Below are positions 1 to 13,299 of a DNA stretch of 64,000 nt, in pieces; position 1 is the first letter of the stretch; every line of letters starts with the position of its first letter. Source of the DNA: Azolla caroliniana (lineage: Eukaryota > Plantae > Polypodiophyta); contig JBHGNT010000009.1 of assembly GCA_043228905.1 (NCBI GenBank), forward strand, positions 1,178,001 through 1,242,000. The letters are read 5' to 3'. The position numbers and the translations under genes were made by a program. The notes beneath the pieces were generated by a model. The model saw nothing but the letters and a program-made list of their open reading frames with translations, did no database searches and was not told the origin of the DNA.

Positions 1-549
1 TCTAAGGTCAATGTCCCCTAACATAATGGGTGCAACATGCTAGTAGGAGTGAGTTTAGGATGGGATTGTTGGTGGCCTACTTTAAATCAAGGACTCGCCA
101 TAAAATAACTTGGATATTTTTTTCCTGTTGTCCCCTTAATAATAAGTCCTTATTATTATTTAGAGATGCTTGCTTCTTGCTTCAATGGTTCAATGTATTG
201 AAGCACCTTTTTTTCTAGAATATATATCATCTTATTTTACTTTAATTTATACTTGGCACCTTTTTCACAAATACTTTTCTAAAATATATTCCATTTTATT
301 CTACTTTAATTGGTATCTCTTTCTCCCTATTTCATTTCAAAGTAAGACTTAAAAGTCTAGGTTTGAAGTTAAGACCCCTACACTTTAAGCAATTGGGTTA
401 ACAATTTCTTTATTGTTCTGCATTTTCTTCTATGTATAAAGAGACTTAATTCCTAGCCAATAAGGGACTTGGTTTCTATTGCTGAAGAGAGGAATATTAA
501 GGGATGACTATTACTATGAAGAGGGATGGCTACCGTGAAAAAGAGGGAT

Positions 550-2000
550 AAATGCATTACCATATATTCATAATCAATGTGATTTGGTTTCCAGAAAGAT
601 TTGAGAATTTCGATTCAAATTTGGGTTTTTTTTTGCCAAGATTAATATGGATTACTTTTTGTATCAATCTTTGTTTGTTGAATATTAGAAAAAGTTCTTT
701 CACGTGTATTATCGATTGTAGTTGTGGTAATTTCATAATTTGCATGCATTTAAAGTATAGCTTCGCTTCCAATACATTTTCACTAATTCAATATTCAAGT
801 GCTTCTCTAATGAACTACTTGATCTTGGAACCATATATTATCATGATGGAAGACATTCTTAGTGAAAAATAAAGAAGAAGAAGAAGAAGAAGAAAATAAC
901 TACAAAATGCATAAAATATATTACAAGAAAGCATACCTTATATGAGAAACATGGCAAATGTTTGACTGGAATGGACTTGAGATTCGTGATCCTTATTCAA
1001 TATTGAGAAGCTTCTTATTGAACTTTAAGAGTTGCCTTAATACTCAGGCACAAATGAAATGATTCCAAATCTATATCTAAATAAATGATTGGAGGCATGT
1101 TGGCATTGACATGGTGAGATATTTTGAGTCACTCAAATAATTATAGATAATTGCATGACGAAGTAACCATGTTCCATTCAATGTATATATGATCCCAATC
1201 TTCTATAACAAGTTAATCATCAATAAATTTGTGGTCAATAGTCTTCTCGGTTGTTGTCCAAGTACTCACAATACATGTATGGGTGATTGATAAATTGTTA
1301 AAGTTGAATTCCATCTTGTAACTACACGAACTAGACAAGGTGGTTCTTGTTTTAGAATGTATTCCAAAAATGGCGGTTCTTGATTGAGAATGTTTTCCAA
1401 AAATAGCTCTACAAACTTTATGGGCGCATTTAGAATAACCTCTAATGCAACTTTACACGAAGATAATATGTATGAACCATCATGCATCTCAACATATGCG
1501 ATGCATTTACAACATATGCGATGTATTTTCCTTGATGTCTTTGCAATAATCTAGCCAACTTCGTGAATGTGATTCGAGCATCATTAGCATCATCTAATGT
1601 TGTGAATAAAAACCATGAAGAAACACCAGATTCTAGACGAGTGAGCATTAGTTTCACCTTATGTTTTTCCTATTCCATCTCTAGGAAATACATCTAGAAA
1701 GTCTAGTAAGAGCATAGAATTGGCAAAGAGATCCGATTTAAAGTCATTGGATAAAATCCTTTTGAACTACACATTTGTATATCCTCTGGCATCCTTGTTA
1801 TGTGGAATGAAAGATTGTTGTGCGTCAAGTTGCAAACTTCTTGTACATGCATTCACGCTACCAAAGACAATGACCCCCTCCTTGCATTTTAAATAAGTAA
1901 TATCCTCTTCTTGATTGACAAAATGTTGACCTTTATTCAAACAAACATAAAAGTTACAATCTTGACCAGGAGTGTAACATTCAACAACAAATGTGGACAT
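550..2000 (-). pseudogene. Highly degraded hAT-superfamily transposase relic
   Basis: Minus-strand fragments encode VTRWNST (1302-1319, a hAT core motif) and ERTFS (687-701, resembling the hAT C-terminal dimerisation motif) in the expected order. Many stops and frameshifts; boundaries are approximate. Confidence 0.45.
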
Positions 2001-2120
2001 ATTAGTTAGTATTTCTATTTTGAGCCATATGTCACATTAATGTTCATCATTTTCAACAACAAATGAGGACATATTAGTTAGTATTTCTATTTTGAGCCAT
2101 ATGTCACATTTATGTTCATC
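1981..2120. repeat. Tandem duplication of about 72 bp
   Basis: tcaacaacaaatg(t/a)ggacatattagttagtatttctattttgagccatatgtcacatt occurs at 1981 and 2053. Confidence 0.85.
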
Positions 2121-2139
2121 GACTCACATTTCTTATTTC

Positions 2140-2660
2140 TGTCAAGGACATAATCAAGATTTGAACTCATCACCACTTGTATATAGTCAAGTGTTATATT
2201 CTAACCAACACATCCAACTACATAGTCATGTTATATATATCTTAGCATATTATTACTAGATTATCTAGTTCAAGTTGTAGGAGTTTTTAGAAAGTTCTAG
2301 AACTAGAAGGTTCTAGAGGGTTCTAGAATATTCTCCCAAATATTCTCGAGAATATTCTAACACATATACTTCAACTCGCAGTATAAATATTTGTAACCTC
2401 CTTAGTCCCTTTCAAGGGATTCAATGCCAGTCATTGACACATTAATCTAGTATTCTTCTTTAGCCCCATCTTCTCTCCTTGATTTATATCTTTGTCTTTA
2501 TGCTCTTGTATTGTTCCTAGCATCTTAAGTTTCTCATCTCGTCGCTCCCAACTTCCAGAGTTTCTAGCCTCATCACGTCTAGTTCCACTTTCGTAACCTT
2601 ATGAATCATAGCCTCGTCATTTGTGCTTTGTCGTAGTCTAGGGTTGGTGTGTCTGTGACA
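2140..2660 (+). mobile_element. 5' LTR of an old chromovirus-type Ty3 element; internal region degraded
   Basis: TGTCA...TGACA termini, TATAAATA at 2382, HSE array at 2290-2333. Followed by GTTTGAATCCCTT, which is complementary to the LTR-internal AAGGGATTCAA. Same layout as LTR 22543-22981. Confidence 0.75.
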
Positions 2661-3840
2661 GTTTGAATCCCTTCCAACTAGAAGCATCACCTGTCTTCAT
2701 CATTGACCTTGCTTCTAGAGTTACCATCGTCAACATCCTTGATTCCAGAGTTACCGTCATCAATATCCCTTCGTTTCCTATCTTCCTCGCCATCTCTATC
2801 TCATAGTTTCTTCTCATCGTTGTCTTCGTCTTTTAGTTTCTGCTCATCATTGTCTCTGTTTTTTAGTTTCTTCTCATCCTCCACATATCTATCTTTGTGT
2901 TTCTTATCTTCACCTTGCTTGTTTATGGTTCCTTGCAGAGCATTCAAATATTTATAAGCATTTTCTCCATTATTGTTGAATTTATTGCATTAATATCAAG
3001 AATAGTCGGTGATCTTGGTTCATTATTGTCCATAGCCACACACTTTGTGGCCCCCCTTGTGAGTGCTTGCCATTGTACTCCAAAACCCTATGAGAATTAT
3101 ACTTTTGAAATTTGTTAGCTTTAATTGATTATAGAAGTAATATTCTTAGATCATATCATAGATCTTGTTGTGAGCTTTGATTCACGGAATAGAAAGAAGG
3201 GAAGAGAGAAACAAAACAATAGCTATGAGTCAAAGAATAAAAGAGCAATGTGGCTAAAGTTTTTTTGAAAGGAGGATTAAAACTTGAGATGTAAGTTCAT
3301 ATAAATTAATACAATCACATTTTGTTTCCATTGGAGTATGTTTTATAGGTAGTGTCGAGTCATAAATTAATAGTTTAATATATATAAAAAAATATAACTT
3401 TATTTAAAGATATTTTGTGATTAGTCAAAATGATTTGATCTATCTCAAAACTCATGGGTCCATGACCTAACTTGGAAAAACCAATCCTTATGATGACATA
3501 ATTGGGGAACCAGATGTGAACAATGCGAGGTGGTAGATGGAGGCATCATAGATGATGGGTGTTGTCTTGGTGGCCTATGGCTTGGGGGAGTTGATAATAA
3601 TAGGGAGTGTTCCAAAGCTTTGAATTCTTTGATTTCTAATGAAGGTGAACAAGGTGATGTTGTAGGATAATAAGGAGCAACAAAGTATCTCAAGATGGCG
3701 AAACAATTCAAGATACAAACTACCAAAAAGATCTAGATGGGTGTTAAGTAGTTATGAAGTTGGTGACATCAAAATTAGAGCCTTAAGACATATCTATTCA
3801 CAAGGAAAAGGATCTACATTATCTTGTTTTGGTTTTGATT

Positions 3841-5564
3841 TGTAAAAGAATACGTGCGGAAGTGTATGTGGAGGAAACAAAGTACAAAGCCGGTTATTTG
3901 GAAGTATAACAATTAGGTAAACACAAAGTAAGGGTGAGAGAGAGAGAGACTGAGTAGAGTAGACACAACTATATCAAAAAATAAAATTCTCAATACATAC
4001 AATGTGATCAATGAGCACTATTTATACAAGTCCTTAATACATACTAGGGAAGTTGATTTTGATTCTCAACACGCCCCCTCAAACACAACTTCCGGTCATT
4101 GGATAGTTGGTTTAGATTGGTCTTCGGATCGGCTTCGATAGTCAGCTCCGGCTTCGGCTATGAGTAGTTAACTTGTTCAGTCCTATGTTTGTTCTGCCCT
4201 GTTCGACTTCGTGTCAAATGGCTCCTTATCCATACTCCCCCTCAAGCTCGACCGATCAGCAATAGAAAGACCTAAGTTCGTCGTGAACTATCGTAGCTTG
4301 TCGGCTCCCAGGGCCTTCGTGAAGATGTCGATCATCTGTAGGTGTGTGCTGATGTGTTGCATGTCGACATCTCGGGCCAGGAAACGCTCTCGGATGAAGT
4401 GATAATGCACCTCAATGTGCTTGGTCCAAGCGTGAAAGACAAGGTTCCGAGCCAGATGAATACCGCTCATTTTGTCGCAATAAAGGAGAATCGGATCCAT
4501 GATAGGAACACCCAGATCCTTTAAGATTCTTTTGAGCCAAACGACTTTGCATGCGGTGACGACCGTGCCCATGCATTCGACTTCTGTGCTCGATAGTGCG
4601 ATTGTCGGCTGCTTCTTGCTACTCCAAGATATGGCTCCGTTGCCAAGGGAGAAGACGAAGCCTGATGTAGATTGTTTGTCGGCTTCGGTGTACCCTTTGA
4701 GTCAAATCAGTGTGGCCGATTTGTAGAGGACACCGTAATCGATGGTTCCACACACATAGCATAACACTCGCTTAGCAAAGTCCAGGTGAATGTTTTGTGG
4801 TGTTTGCATAAACTGGATAATGAGGTCGACCGAGTAACTGAGGTGGGGTGGAGTAATGGTGAGGTAGATTAGGCTTCGGACTAGCTGACGATAGAAAGTC
4901 GGCTCACACTCTTTTGTGCCAGACTTGACATCTAGCTTTAGGTTTTGATTGAGAGGGGTGGCGACGACCTTACACTATGTCATCCCAAACTTAAATAAAA
5001 GATTAAGGATATAGTGTTGTTGGGAGATCACGATGCCGTCAAGAGTTTGAATTATTTATATACCTAGAAAGTAATGTAGCTCCTTCATGTCTTTCATTTC
5101 GAATCGGTCGGAGAGAAACTTTTTTATATGAACGATATCTACTAAATGTTTTACTCCAAAAGTCATCCACATATATTATGATAAATACCTATCCTCTGGA
5201 ATTGCTCTGGATGAACAAAGAAATGTCGGACTTGGACATTTGGAAGCCGATTTGGTGAAGATATTGGGTTATCTTTGAATGCCATGCTCTAGGTGCCTGC
5301 TTGAGGCCGTAGAGAGGCTTTTTGAGTCGGCATATCGCTTACAGGTGTGTGCTCGACTTAAAACCGGGTGGTTGTACCATGTATACCTCCTCTTCTAATT
5401 CTCCTTGAAGAAAGAAGTTCTTGACGTCCATTTGGTGGAGGTGCCACCCTTTGACTACTGCAAGCGCGATCACGGTTTGAATGGTAGTCATCTTTGCCAC
5501 TGGGGCAAAGGTGTCTTCGTAATTGACATCGTGTGTCTGTGCATAGCCTTTTGCCACAAGCCGA
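3841..5564 (-). mobile_element. Ty1/Copia relic: RT, RNase H and 3' LTR (3841-4071)
   Basis: Minus-strand motifs [26 protein letters not shown] and TKHIEVHYHFIRE. PPT complement at 4072. The LTR end TGTAAAAGAA matches the reverse complement of the LTR end at 61710. Confidence 0.85.
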
Positions 5565-7885
5565 TGTCGCGGGTTTTCACGTGTGTGTGTCAGAAACGGG
5601 GTGGGACCACTGGGTCTCGGACCAAGAAGCCGGTAATGGAGGAGAGATTATCCAAATTGGTTTCCGGATCGGTATCTGGCGGTATCAGGATCGGTTTACG
5701 GACTAGTCTCCAGACGCTGGTTGACGAGCTCGCGGATCGAGAAGTGTACACGATTTCAGAACTACAACCGGATAATGGGAGATGAATGCACGGGCTCGGG
5801 GTTCCAACTAAGCATGCAACAAGAGGGAACAAAGGTAAGAGCATAATAGGGACAGAGAATGACACCCAACGACACAAGGTGATCCAGATAGCAAAAAGAT
5901 GATCTATTAGTTCGGAATAATAGAAATACAAACAGACTCAGCGGACAACAGAGCTTTGATCTCTCCACACTCATGGACATTGATGCCAACAAGCCTCCAA
6001 TCGGGAGCACACAGGCTACCAACGCGAAATGGAGGCCTCACATCACAATGACCGAAACAGAAAACAAAAAATAGAGGATGGACAAAATGGATGACTAAAG
6101 AGCTCGGTTCGGCAACACTTCCCTCTCTAGCACAAGTTCAACACCTCCCTTTTATAGCACAAGGGGAGGCCGTTACATCACAGATTATGACAACCATTTC
6201 TTTTAGTGGTTCTTCCTCGATTCTCTCTCCCCTCATATCCTAATATTTGCGTGGGACATAAAGTACCCATTAACTACTCTACTTAGTACTTATGCTATTT
6301 ACAATTGTTGTTACATAAAAATAAGTTTTGTGTGCATCCATGCACACCCCATTTCACGCGTGTTCGACTCCTTTTTCCCCTTATGGCCGGAATCCTTCAT
6401 GACATCCACCCCCACCAAACCACACATCCTCTGGTATGTGCCGGTCTAGCGAAGTAGTGGGGATTCCGGTCCGCCCCTTACTCGTCCTCTCCTGATCCGT
6501 CATTGACTGACACATCAACCTCGCTGTCTTCCTCTTCTGCTTTCCGATCCAGTTCCGGTTCGTGCCGCTTCTTGAAGCCCTTGATCCATTTTCCTGCAAT
6601 TGGAATTGCGATCCTCGTGTTGGGAGAAAGGTCCCTCCGGATGGGAAGAAGAGTATGAGCTGAATCGGATGGAACCAATGGATAATTCGGCCAAGGCCGA
6701 GAATCAATTGTATAACTGATTCGGGAGACTATATTTTTAAATAGTCTAGATATGCTCATTGAGGTTATATTTGTAAATAGTTTGCTATGTGTATGAGTAT
6801 ATATACACTTAGGGCAAGTAGTTAAGAAAGAGTGATAATCATTATAGTTGAACAAGTTACAGTGAGTAGTTGCCTTTGTAACTATGAGAGTGAGAGAGTA
6901 AGTAAGAGTAGTAACTCTGTCACCGTCTGTTAGATGAAGAAGAGCTCGAGGTTGATGCCTTCGAGTCTCCCTGTACTCCTCTTCATACACATTGTGATTT
7001 GGTTATCTTGGGGTTTGTGGACCCCTGTGGTTTTTCCCTTTCGGGTTTTCCACGTAAAACATCGGGTGTCTCTGTATTTTCTATTTCCTGTTGTCTGTGC
7101 ACTTTCGTTTTCGTTTTTGCACCCAAGCATACGTATTTCCTATTTTTGGGTTGTCGTTGGTGCTCGTTACCACGTAAGGCCTGAACCACCGCCTCACGAA
7201 CTTCCGGGTTGACTGACGCTGATTGTTGAGGCTGCTGTCGTAGACCAACACCTAGTCGCCTTCCCCTCGATCTTCCTTGACCGGAGTCGGTGCGTCCGAT
7301 TGAAGCGGCCCTTTTTCTTCTTCCTTGCATCTTCCAACCTTGTTGTTGCTCGTTCCGCATCCTCTGGCCTTTGCTCTAGCTGTTGGATCCTCGCCGCCAG
7401 CAACTCCTCCCGGTTCATCTCAACCGTCTAGTCGATTGCCGTCCATGACACTATTGTTTTCTCCACCGGCATAGTCGGCTTTTGCCCGAACATGAGTTGG
7501 CTGGCATAGTCACCAAACTATGCGTAGTCCGGCCGACCCACAATGCATATGGAAGGAGCCTTGGCCAATTTCCGACTTGCTCACTGCATGCTCGTACTAT
7601 AGCCTTGACGATCGATCGGTTCGTGCCCTCTTTCGACCTTTCTGTTTGCCTCTAGATTGTATACCATCGTGAGGGAGAGCTTGACCCCTAGTCGGTCGAA
7701 CAACTCCTTAGCTTCTTGCACATCTAGCTCCCCTCGGTCGGCTACTATTTTCCCGATGCAACCCTACCAATAGATCACATTCCTTGAGTAAGAACCGGCA
7801 TACGACCGCGATTGTCTTGTTCATTAAGGCCCGATCCTCCACTTGGTTCGTCAAATCTTCTCTAGCAAGAACCAGGTACCTCATT
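5565..7885 (-). mobile_element. W-family Ty3 relic: 3' LTR (5565-6404) and integrase end
   Basis: TGTCG...TGACA termini, PPT complement TCCACCCCCACC at 6405, integrase motifs homologous to element C. Inserted in the Copia RT; flanking 4-mer CCGA. Confidence 0.85.
6618..7150 (+). mobile_element. Truncated Copia solo LTR inside the W integrase
   Basis: Starts TGTTGGGAGAAAGGTCCCTCCGGATGGGAAG, like LTR 55156 and the reverse complement of 25362-26016. Its 3' end and about 30 bp of host are missing. Confidence 0.75.
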
Positions 7886-10020
7886 CGCCTTGGCTCTTTG
7901 AAAAGCGGTGTACAAGGTGGACACCCCAGTTTATGTGATGGTTGACACGAGTCCGGCCGAAATTGGGTGGGTGGTCAATCAAGAGGACGAAGCTGGCGTG
8001 TGGTTCACCATCCGGTTCGGTGAGAAGGTGTTAAACTAGCGACATCGAATATATGCCCAGGTTAAACACGCACTGTGGGGTATCATTTCGACAGTCAAGG
8101 TTGACAAGGACTACTTGATCGAGGCAGAAGTGATAATCGAGATAGATTGCCTATCGATTCTTGGTATGGTTTATGGATGTGCGACTTCGGACCTGGTGAT
8201 GGTCAGATGGATCACATGCATCAAGTTCCTGAATTCGGAGATATGACACATCTCCGGAAAGGACAACACCGTGGCCAATTTGCTTTCGAGAGCACGGTTC
8301 GACAATGAGGATGACATGGTGTTGGAAGACGAAGAAGTCGGTGTGGACTTCTTCGAGTAAGCTCAAATGTTAGAAAACAAACGAGGCACTTCGACCCTAA
8401 ATGAATTCGATGAGAAAGACTACGAAGGGGAGTGGCTTCTAATCGGTATGTTGCTAAGCACAATGGCATTGGACGTGTCGTGGACAAAGGAGGAAGTGGG
8501 CCGGATCCGGAAGAAGGCGTATCGGTTCTTCTTACAAAACGGTAAGATATGGAGGCATCCGAATAAAAAGACCAGCACACCACTCCGGGTGATGACGAGG
8601 GAGGAGGACCAATTGGTGCTGGTGTCAAAATTCCACGAGAGTCCATGGTCCAGACAATGGGGAACATGGGCCACGTTTGATAAGCTAAAGGAGAAGTACT
8701 GATGGCCTAGAATGTACAAGGACGTGCATCATTTCGTAACAACGTGCGAGAGTTGTCAGATGCATTTTGGAATCCGGCACCATGACGAGTTACACCCGAC
8801 ATATCAGTCGGCCATTCACTTCAAGTGGATGGTTGTCCTAGTGATGATGCCGATGGGTGTGGGCAAAAGTGATATCTGGTACTGGCGCAGGAGGACCTGA
8901 CGAACCAGGTGGAGGGATGGGCCTTAACGAACAAGACGACTGCCGTAGTTTGCAGGTTCTTTATCGAGGATGTGATGTGCCAGGTGCGTAGGGAAGATCG
9001 TGGCTGACCGTGGGGAGCTGGACGTGCAAGAAACGGAGGAGTTATTTGATCGACTAGGGGTCAAGCTCTTCCTCACGAAGACATACAATCCGGAGGTGCG
9101 CAGGAAGGTAGAACGTAGCCATGGGATGATTGTGAAGGTCATTGTATGGGCATGCGATGGACGAGTCGGAAACTAGCTGAGGCTTCTTCCATATGCGTTG
9201 ACGTGCAAGAAACGGAGGAGTTATTTGATCGACTAGGGGTCAAGCTCTTCCTCACGAAGACATACAATCCGGAGGTGCGTAGGAAGGTAGAACGTAGCCA
9301 TGGGCTGATTGTGAAGGCCATTGTATGGGCATGCGATGGACGAGTCGGAAACTAGCTGAGGCTTCTTCCATATGCGTTGTGGGCCGACTGGACTACGCAC
9401 AATTCGGTGACAGGGTACATACCAACCAAACTTATGTTCGGGCAAAAGTCGATCATGGTTGTGGAGCGGACGATAGCCTTATGGATCTCGGTCGATTGGT
9501 CGAACGAGATGAGCTAGAGTAGTTGCTGGCGACATGAATCCGATAGCTCGAGCGACGACCAGAGGACGTAGAGCGAGCTAGGGCAAAGCTATAAGCGGCG
9601 CGGGAAAGGAACAAAGGGCGGCTTGACCGGATGCACAGACTCTGGACAAAGAAGATTGAGGAAGGCGACTGGGTGCTTGTCTACGACAATAGCCTCGACA
9701 ACCAGCATTGGTCAACCTGAAAATTCACAAGGAAGTGGTTCGGGCTTTACTTGGTAACAAGCGCCAATGATAATGCTACCTATCACCTTGCGGAACTTGA
9801 TGGGACGAGGATCACGATACCGATTGCGGGGAAGTGGATAAAGGCATTCAAGAAGAGACATGAAGCGGAGCCGGATTCGGAGGTAGAGGGCGGAAGCGCG
9901 GACGAAGAGGAGGACCCGGATGAGCACTCGATCGGGGGTGGACGAGTAAGGAACGACCAGAATCCCCACATGTTGCTAGATTGGCACATACCGGAGGATG
10001 TGTGGTTTGGTGGGGGTGGA
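7886..10020 (+). pseudogene. W-family pol relic (RNase H and integrase)
   Basis: Fragments KKAYRFFL, WATFDKLKEKY, CESCQMH and YHLAELDG match element C pol. A 179-bp tandem duplication sits at 9021/9200; PPT GGTGGGGGTGGA ends at 10020. Confidence 0.9.
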
Positions 10021-10426
10021 TGTTGTGGGGAATTTCGGCTACGCGGAGAAAAGGAACCGGATGCGCGTGAACGGGGATGTGAGCGGATGCACACGATCTT
10101 ATCTTTATGTACAAACAATTGTAAATAACATAAGTACTAGGTAGAGTAGTTAATGGGTACTTTATGTCCCACACGAATAATAGGATATGAGGAGAGAGAG
10201 AATCGAGGAAGAACCGCTGAACACGTTCGCGTTCAGAAGTGGAAGGATCACACATTCCATTATTAGATTCCTTTTATAATCTTGCGATTTTCGGCAATGT
10301 CAAAAAGTTGATACACCAGTATCACATGTCTTAAATAACATATAAATTCTGCTAATTTTTTGAGATTTAACAAGTGTGAAAATATCATTTCTAAAATTTA
10401 ATAGTTTTTCGATAAATGTTTAAACG

Positions 10427-10826
10427 TGTCATGATGACACTCACATCATACCTCAAAAGGATTTGAACCCACGACCTTGTCATACACATGTCAAATCCTT
10501 AAACATTGTATTAATATTCTTATATGTATATTTCTTAGAATATATAATCTAATATCATAGGAATATTCTATATTACTCTACATTCTAGAATAACCTAGAA
10601 TATTCTAGAGTGTTCTATACACTAGAACCTTCTAGAATACTCTAGAAACCTTCTAAATTACTCTACATTCTAGGATGACCTAGAATATTCTAGAGTGTTC
10701 TCTATTACTTATAAATAGGGATCTATCAATCATCCCAAACCAAAATTGGTTAAACGCCATTTTGTAGCACTCTATTGCCTACTCCTTCTAATCCATTTTA
10801 CTCTTCAATACAATATTTCCCTTTCT

Positions 10827-10860
<34 letters not shown>

Positions 10861-10865
10861 TGACA
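10427..10865 (+). mobile_element. Chromovirus-type solo LTR (439 bp)
   Basis: TGTCA...TGACA termini, TSD AAACG/AAACA. Same length and motif order as 22543-22981: reverse B box, HSEs, TATA, AATTGGTTAAACGCC, CT tract. Confidence 0.85.
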
Positions 10866-11405
10866 AAACACTCTCTCTTCACAAAACATTGAAGGTCTAC
10901 TGATATGAAATGTAGTTAACTTAAGGAAAATCACAATGGTTAACTCAAATCACAAGTTAAGATTAATGGTTTTGTTGAGAGATCAAGCTCAACTTAGTTT
11001 AGTTCGTTAGTCAACCATGTAACTTCGTAGTTACCTAGATAGAATCTAGTTAGAAGTGTTGACTATAACGCCTTAAATAGGACCTTGTACTTAAGTAGGA
11101 TATTCTAGATCCTCCACTCCCAAGGTCTTCTTCCTTTTGAGAACATTAATATATCATTGGAACATATCACATAGTTATCAAGGTATCCACACTACTCTCC
11201 TCTTCTTCCTTTTGAGAACTCTCCTCCAAATATTGTGCAATAGTATCTACTCCACATAGGTTGGCAATGGTAGGGTCCTCTACTAGCTCGTCATCAAAAT
11301 CAATAAGCTCTTTAAGTTCACCAGCTAATTGAGCAATTGGTTCATGCGATGCATGGTGAAAATGTTATGGCTTTAATCCTCATGTGAATGAAATGCACTT
11401 GCTCA

Positions 11406-12172
11406 TCCAACTTTTGTCTATGTAAAGTCATACACAATGATTACCATCCAATTATTTTAAATCAGAGATTTAGTACAATTCGATACTCAGGTTCTGAAAG
11501 TGTTTTCATCACAATTTGTTTCTTAGTATCGAATTTAGGTTTAAAGTTTTTAGTTTATTTTTTTCGAGAAAACAAAAAACTTTAAACCTGAATTCGATAC
11601 TAAGTATCGAATTGTGATGAAACCTAAATTCGATACTAAGTATCGAATTTGAGTAAAATAGGGTGTTTTCATTATAATTCGATACTTAGTATCGAATTTA
11701 GGTTTAAAGTATTTTGTTGATTTATTTTCGTAAGTATCGAATTGTGATGAAACCTAAATTCAATACTAAGTATTGAGTTGTGATGAAAACACCCTATCAA
11801 CTCGATACCAAGTATCGAGTTGTGATGAAAACAAGGTGTTTTTTTCATCATAATTCGATACTTAGTATCGAATTTAGGTTTCGAATTGTGATGAAAACAT
11901 CTCGTTTGCATCACAATTCGATACTTAGTATCGAATTTAGGTTTAGAGTTTTTTTTTTTCAAGAAAAAACTATAATTAAAGAAAGTGAAAACTTTGAACG
12001 TGAATTCGATACTAAGAATCGAATTATGATGAAAACACTTTGAACTTGAGTATTGAATTGTACTACAATTTGAATTTGTTACATTGTATCGAATTGTACT
12101 AAAATCTTTGTTTTTAAAATAGTTGTGTCGATGGTAATCATTGTGTATGACTTTACACTAACAAAAGTTGGA
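11406..12172. mobile_element. Foldback/MITE-like element with long TIRs and arrays of a 23-bp palindrome
   Basis: About 80-bp inverted termini (TCCAACTTTTGT... / ...ACAAAAGTTGGA) and about 10 full or half copies of AATTCGATACT(A/T)AGTATCGAATT. Confidence 0.75.
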
Positions 12173-13299
12173 CATTTAAGGATGTCAACGATAGAAATAA
12201 TAAAAGAGAAATTACTAAGTCTAGAAGGTTGCTCAAATTGAAGGCGAATAAGATTTAGTGCACATAATTTGGAGACACCATCTGGTTTTAGATGAAGACA
12301 ATGCCTTGATTAGTAAATTTGAAAATGAGGAGGAAGAGTCACAATTGTATATTAGCTATAATAGTGACCCTCATGAAAGGAATGATCACATTGATGCGAA
12401 TAACTCTTGAATGTATATTTTGTGCAACGATATGTAACAGATTTAGACAACATTTTATTCAATGATATACAAAAGCTAATTATTTTTCAATCTTACGCTT
12501 TTGATTTCTTTAAGATCTAAAAAATTATTAGTTGTCATTTTTCCTTAAAAATACACAAAGTTACTTTTCGTATTTGGCGAAATTTTGACATTTTCCAATT
12601 TTACCAAATTGTGAAAATTTCAACTTTTTCATCAAGTTTTTGAGAACATGTGATATTGGTATCAAGGTGTTTTGTGAAATGGCCAAAAATGCCCCAAAAT
12701 CGAACGGAATATTCCTTATCCTTTTGTTTGTGAACGTGAACATGTTGTTGACAAAAACAGGTGTCATGATCTGCGATGTAATGGCCTCCCCTTGTGCTAT
12801 AAAACGGGTGGTTTTGAACTGTTGAGGCATCCAAATTTTGGGGGAGAACGAAGTGCTGCCGATTTGAGATCCGAGATGTGTTGTTCCCTCCGTTTCTATT
12901 CTATGCTATTTTCAGGAAGAAGGGAAGAATCTCAATTCAAAGGTGAGCTCCTCCAACTACCATTCTCTCTATCTTTTCAGCCATTGCTCTACTACTGCAA
13001 CTAAAGCACCCATACTGTGACTCTTGAGTGTTCCTCATCCCTATTGACATCATTTCTATCCCTTTCACCATCCCATAATTATCTACAACCCACAAAAAAA
13101 AAACATTATCAAACATTGTAACCAAATAGTAGTAAAGGGGGCATGGTGTATGTTAAGAGCACAAACGTTGCCCGACCCATCCTAGGTTTAAATGGATAAC
13201 ATGATCGTTTACATCCAATCAAAGCTACACAAAAGCACTTCAGAGGAAGATGCCCTAAGAAGTGTATTCGGGCAAGAAATCATTAGCGGTCCACTTTAG

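Larger units (their letters stand above)
10220..12746. mobile_element. Non-autonomous TIR DNA transposon of about 2.5 kb, unclassified
   Basis: 16-bp TIRs AACACGTTCGCGTTCA / TGAACGTGAACATGTT (2 mismatches), 4-bp TSD GCTG/GTTG, and inverted subterminal homology near 10311 and 12646. Removing it restores the host LTR. Confidence 0.7.
10021..12923 (+). mobile_element. W-family 3' LTR split by a TIR element (pieces 10021-10219 and 12747-12923)
   Basis: The two pieces align collinearly with solo LTR 14065-14873. Confidence 0.8.

Noticed and set aside
2700-3800. Short Ser-rich and Pro-rich ORFs as genes
   Set aside because: Low-complexity degraded sequence with no supportable domain.
11470-12100. 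CRISPR-like array of palindromic repeats
   Set aside because: The spacers are irregular in length, repetitive and inverted. There are no cas genes, the context is eukaryotic TE, and the array is enclosed by TIRs.
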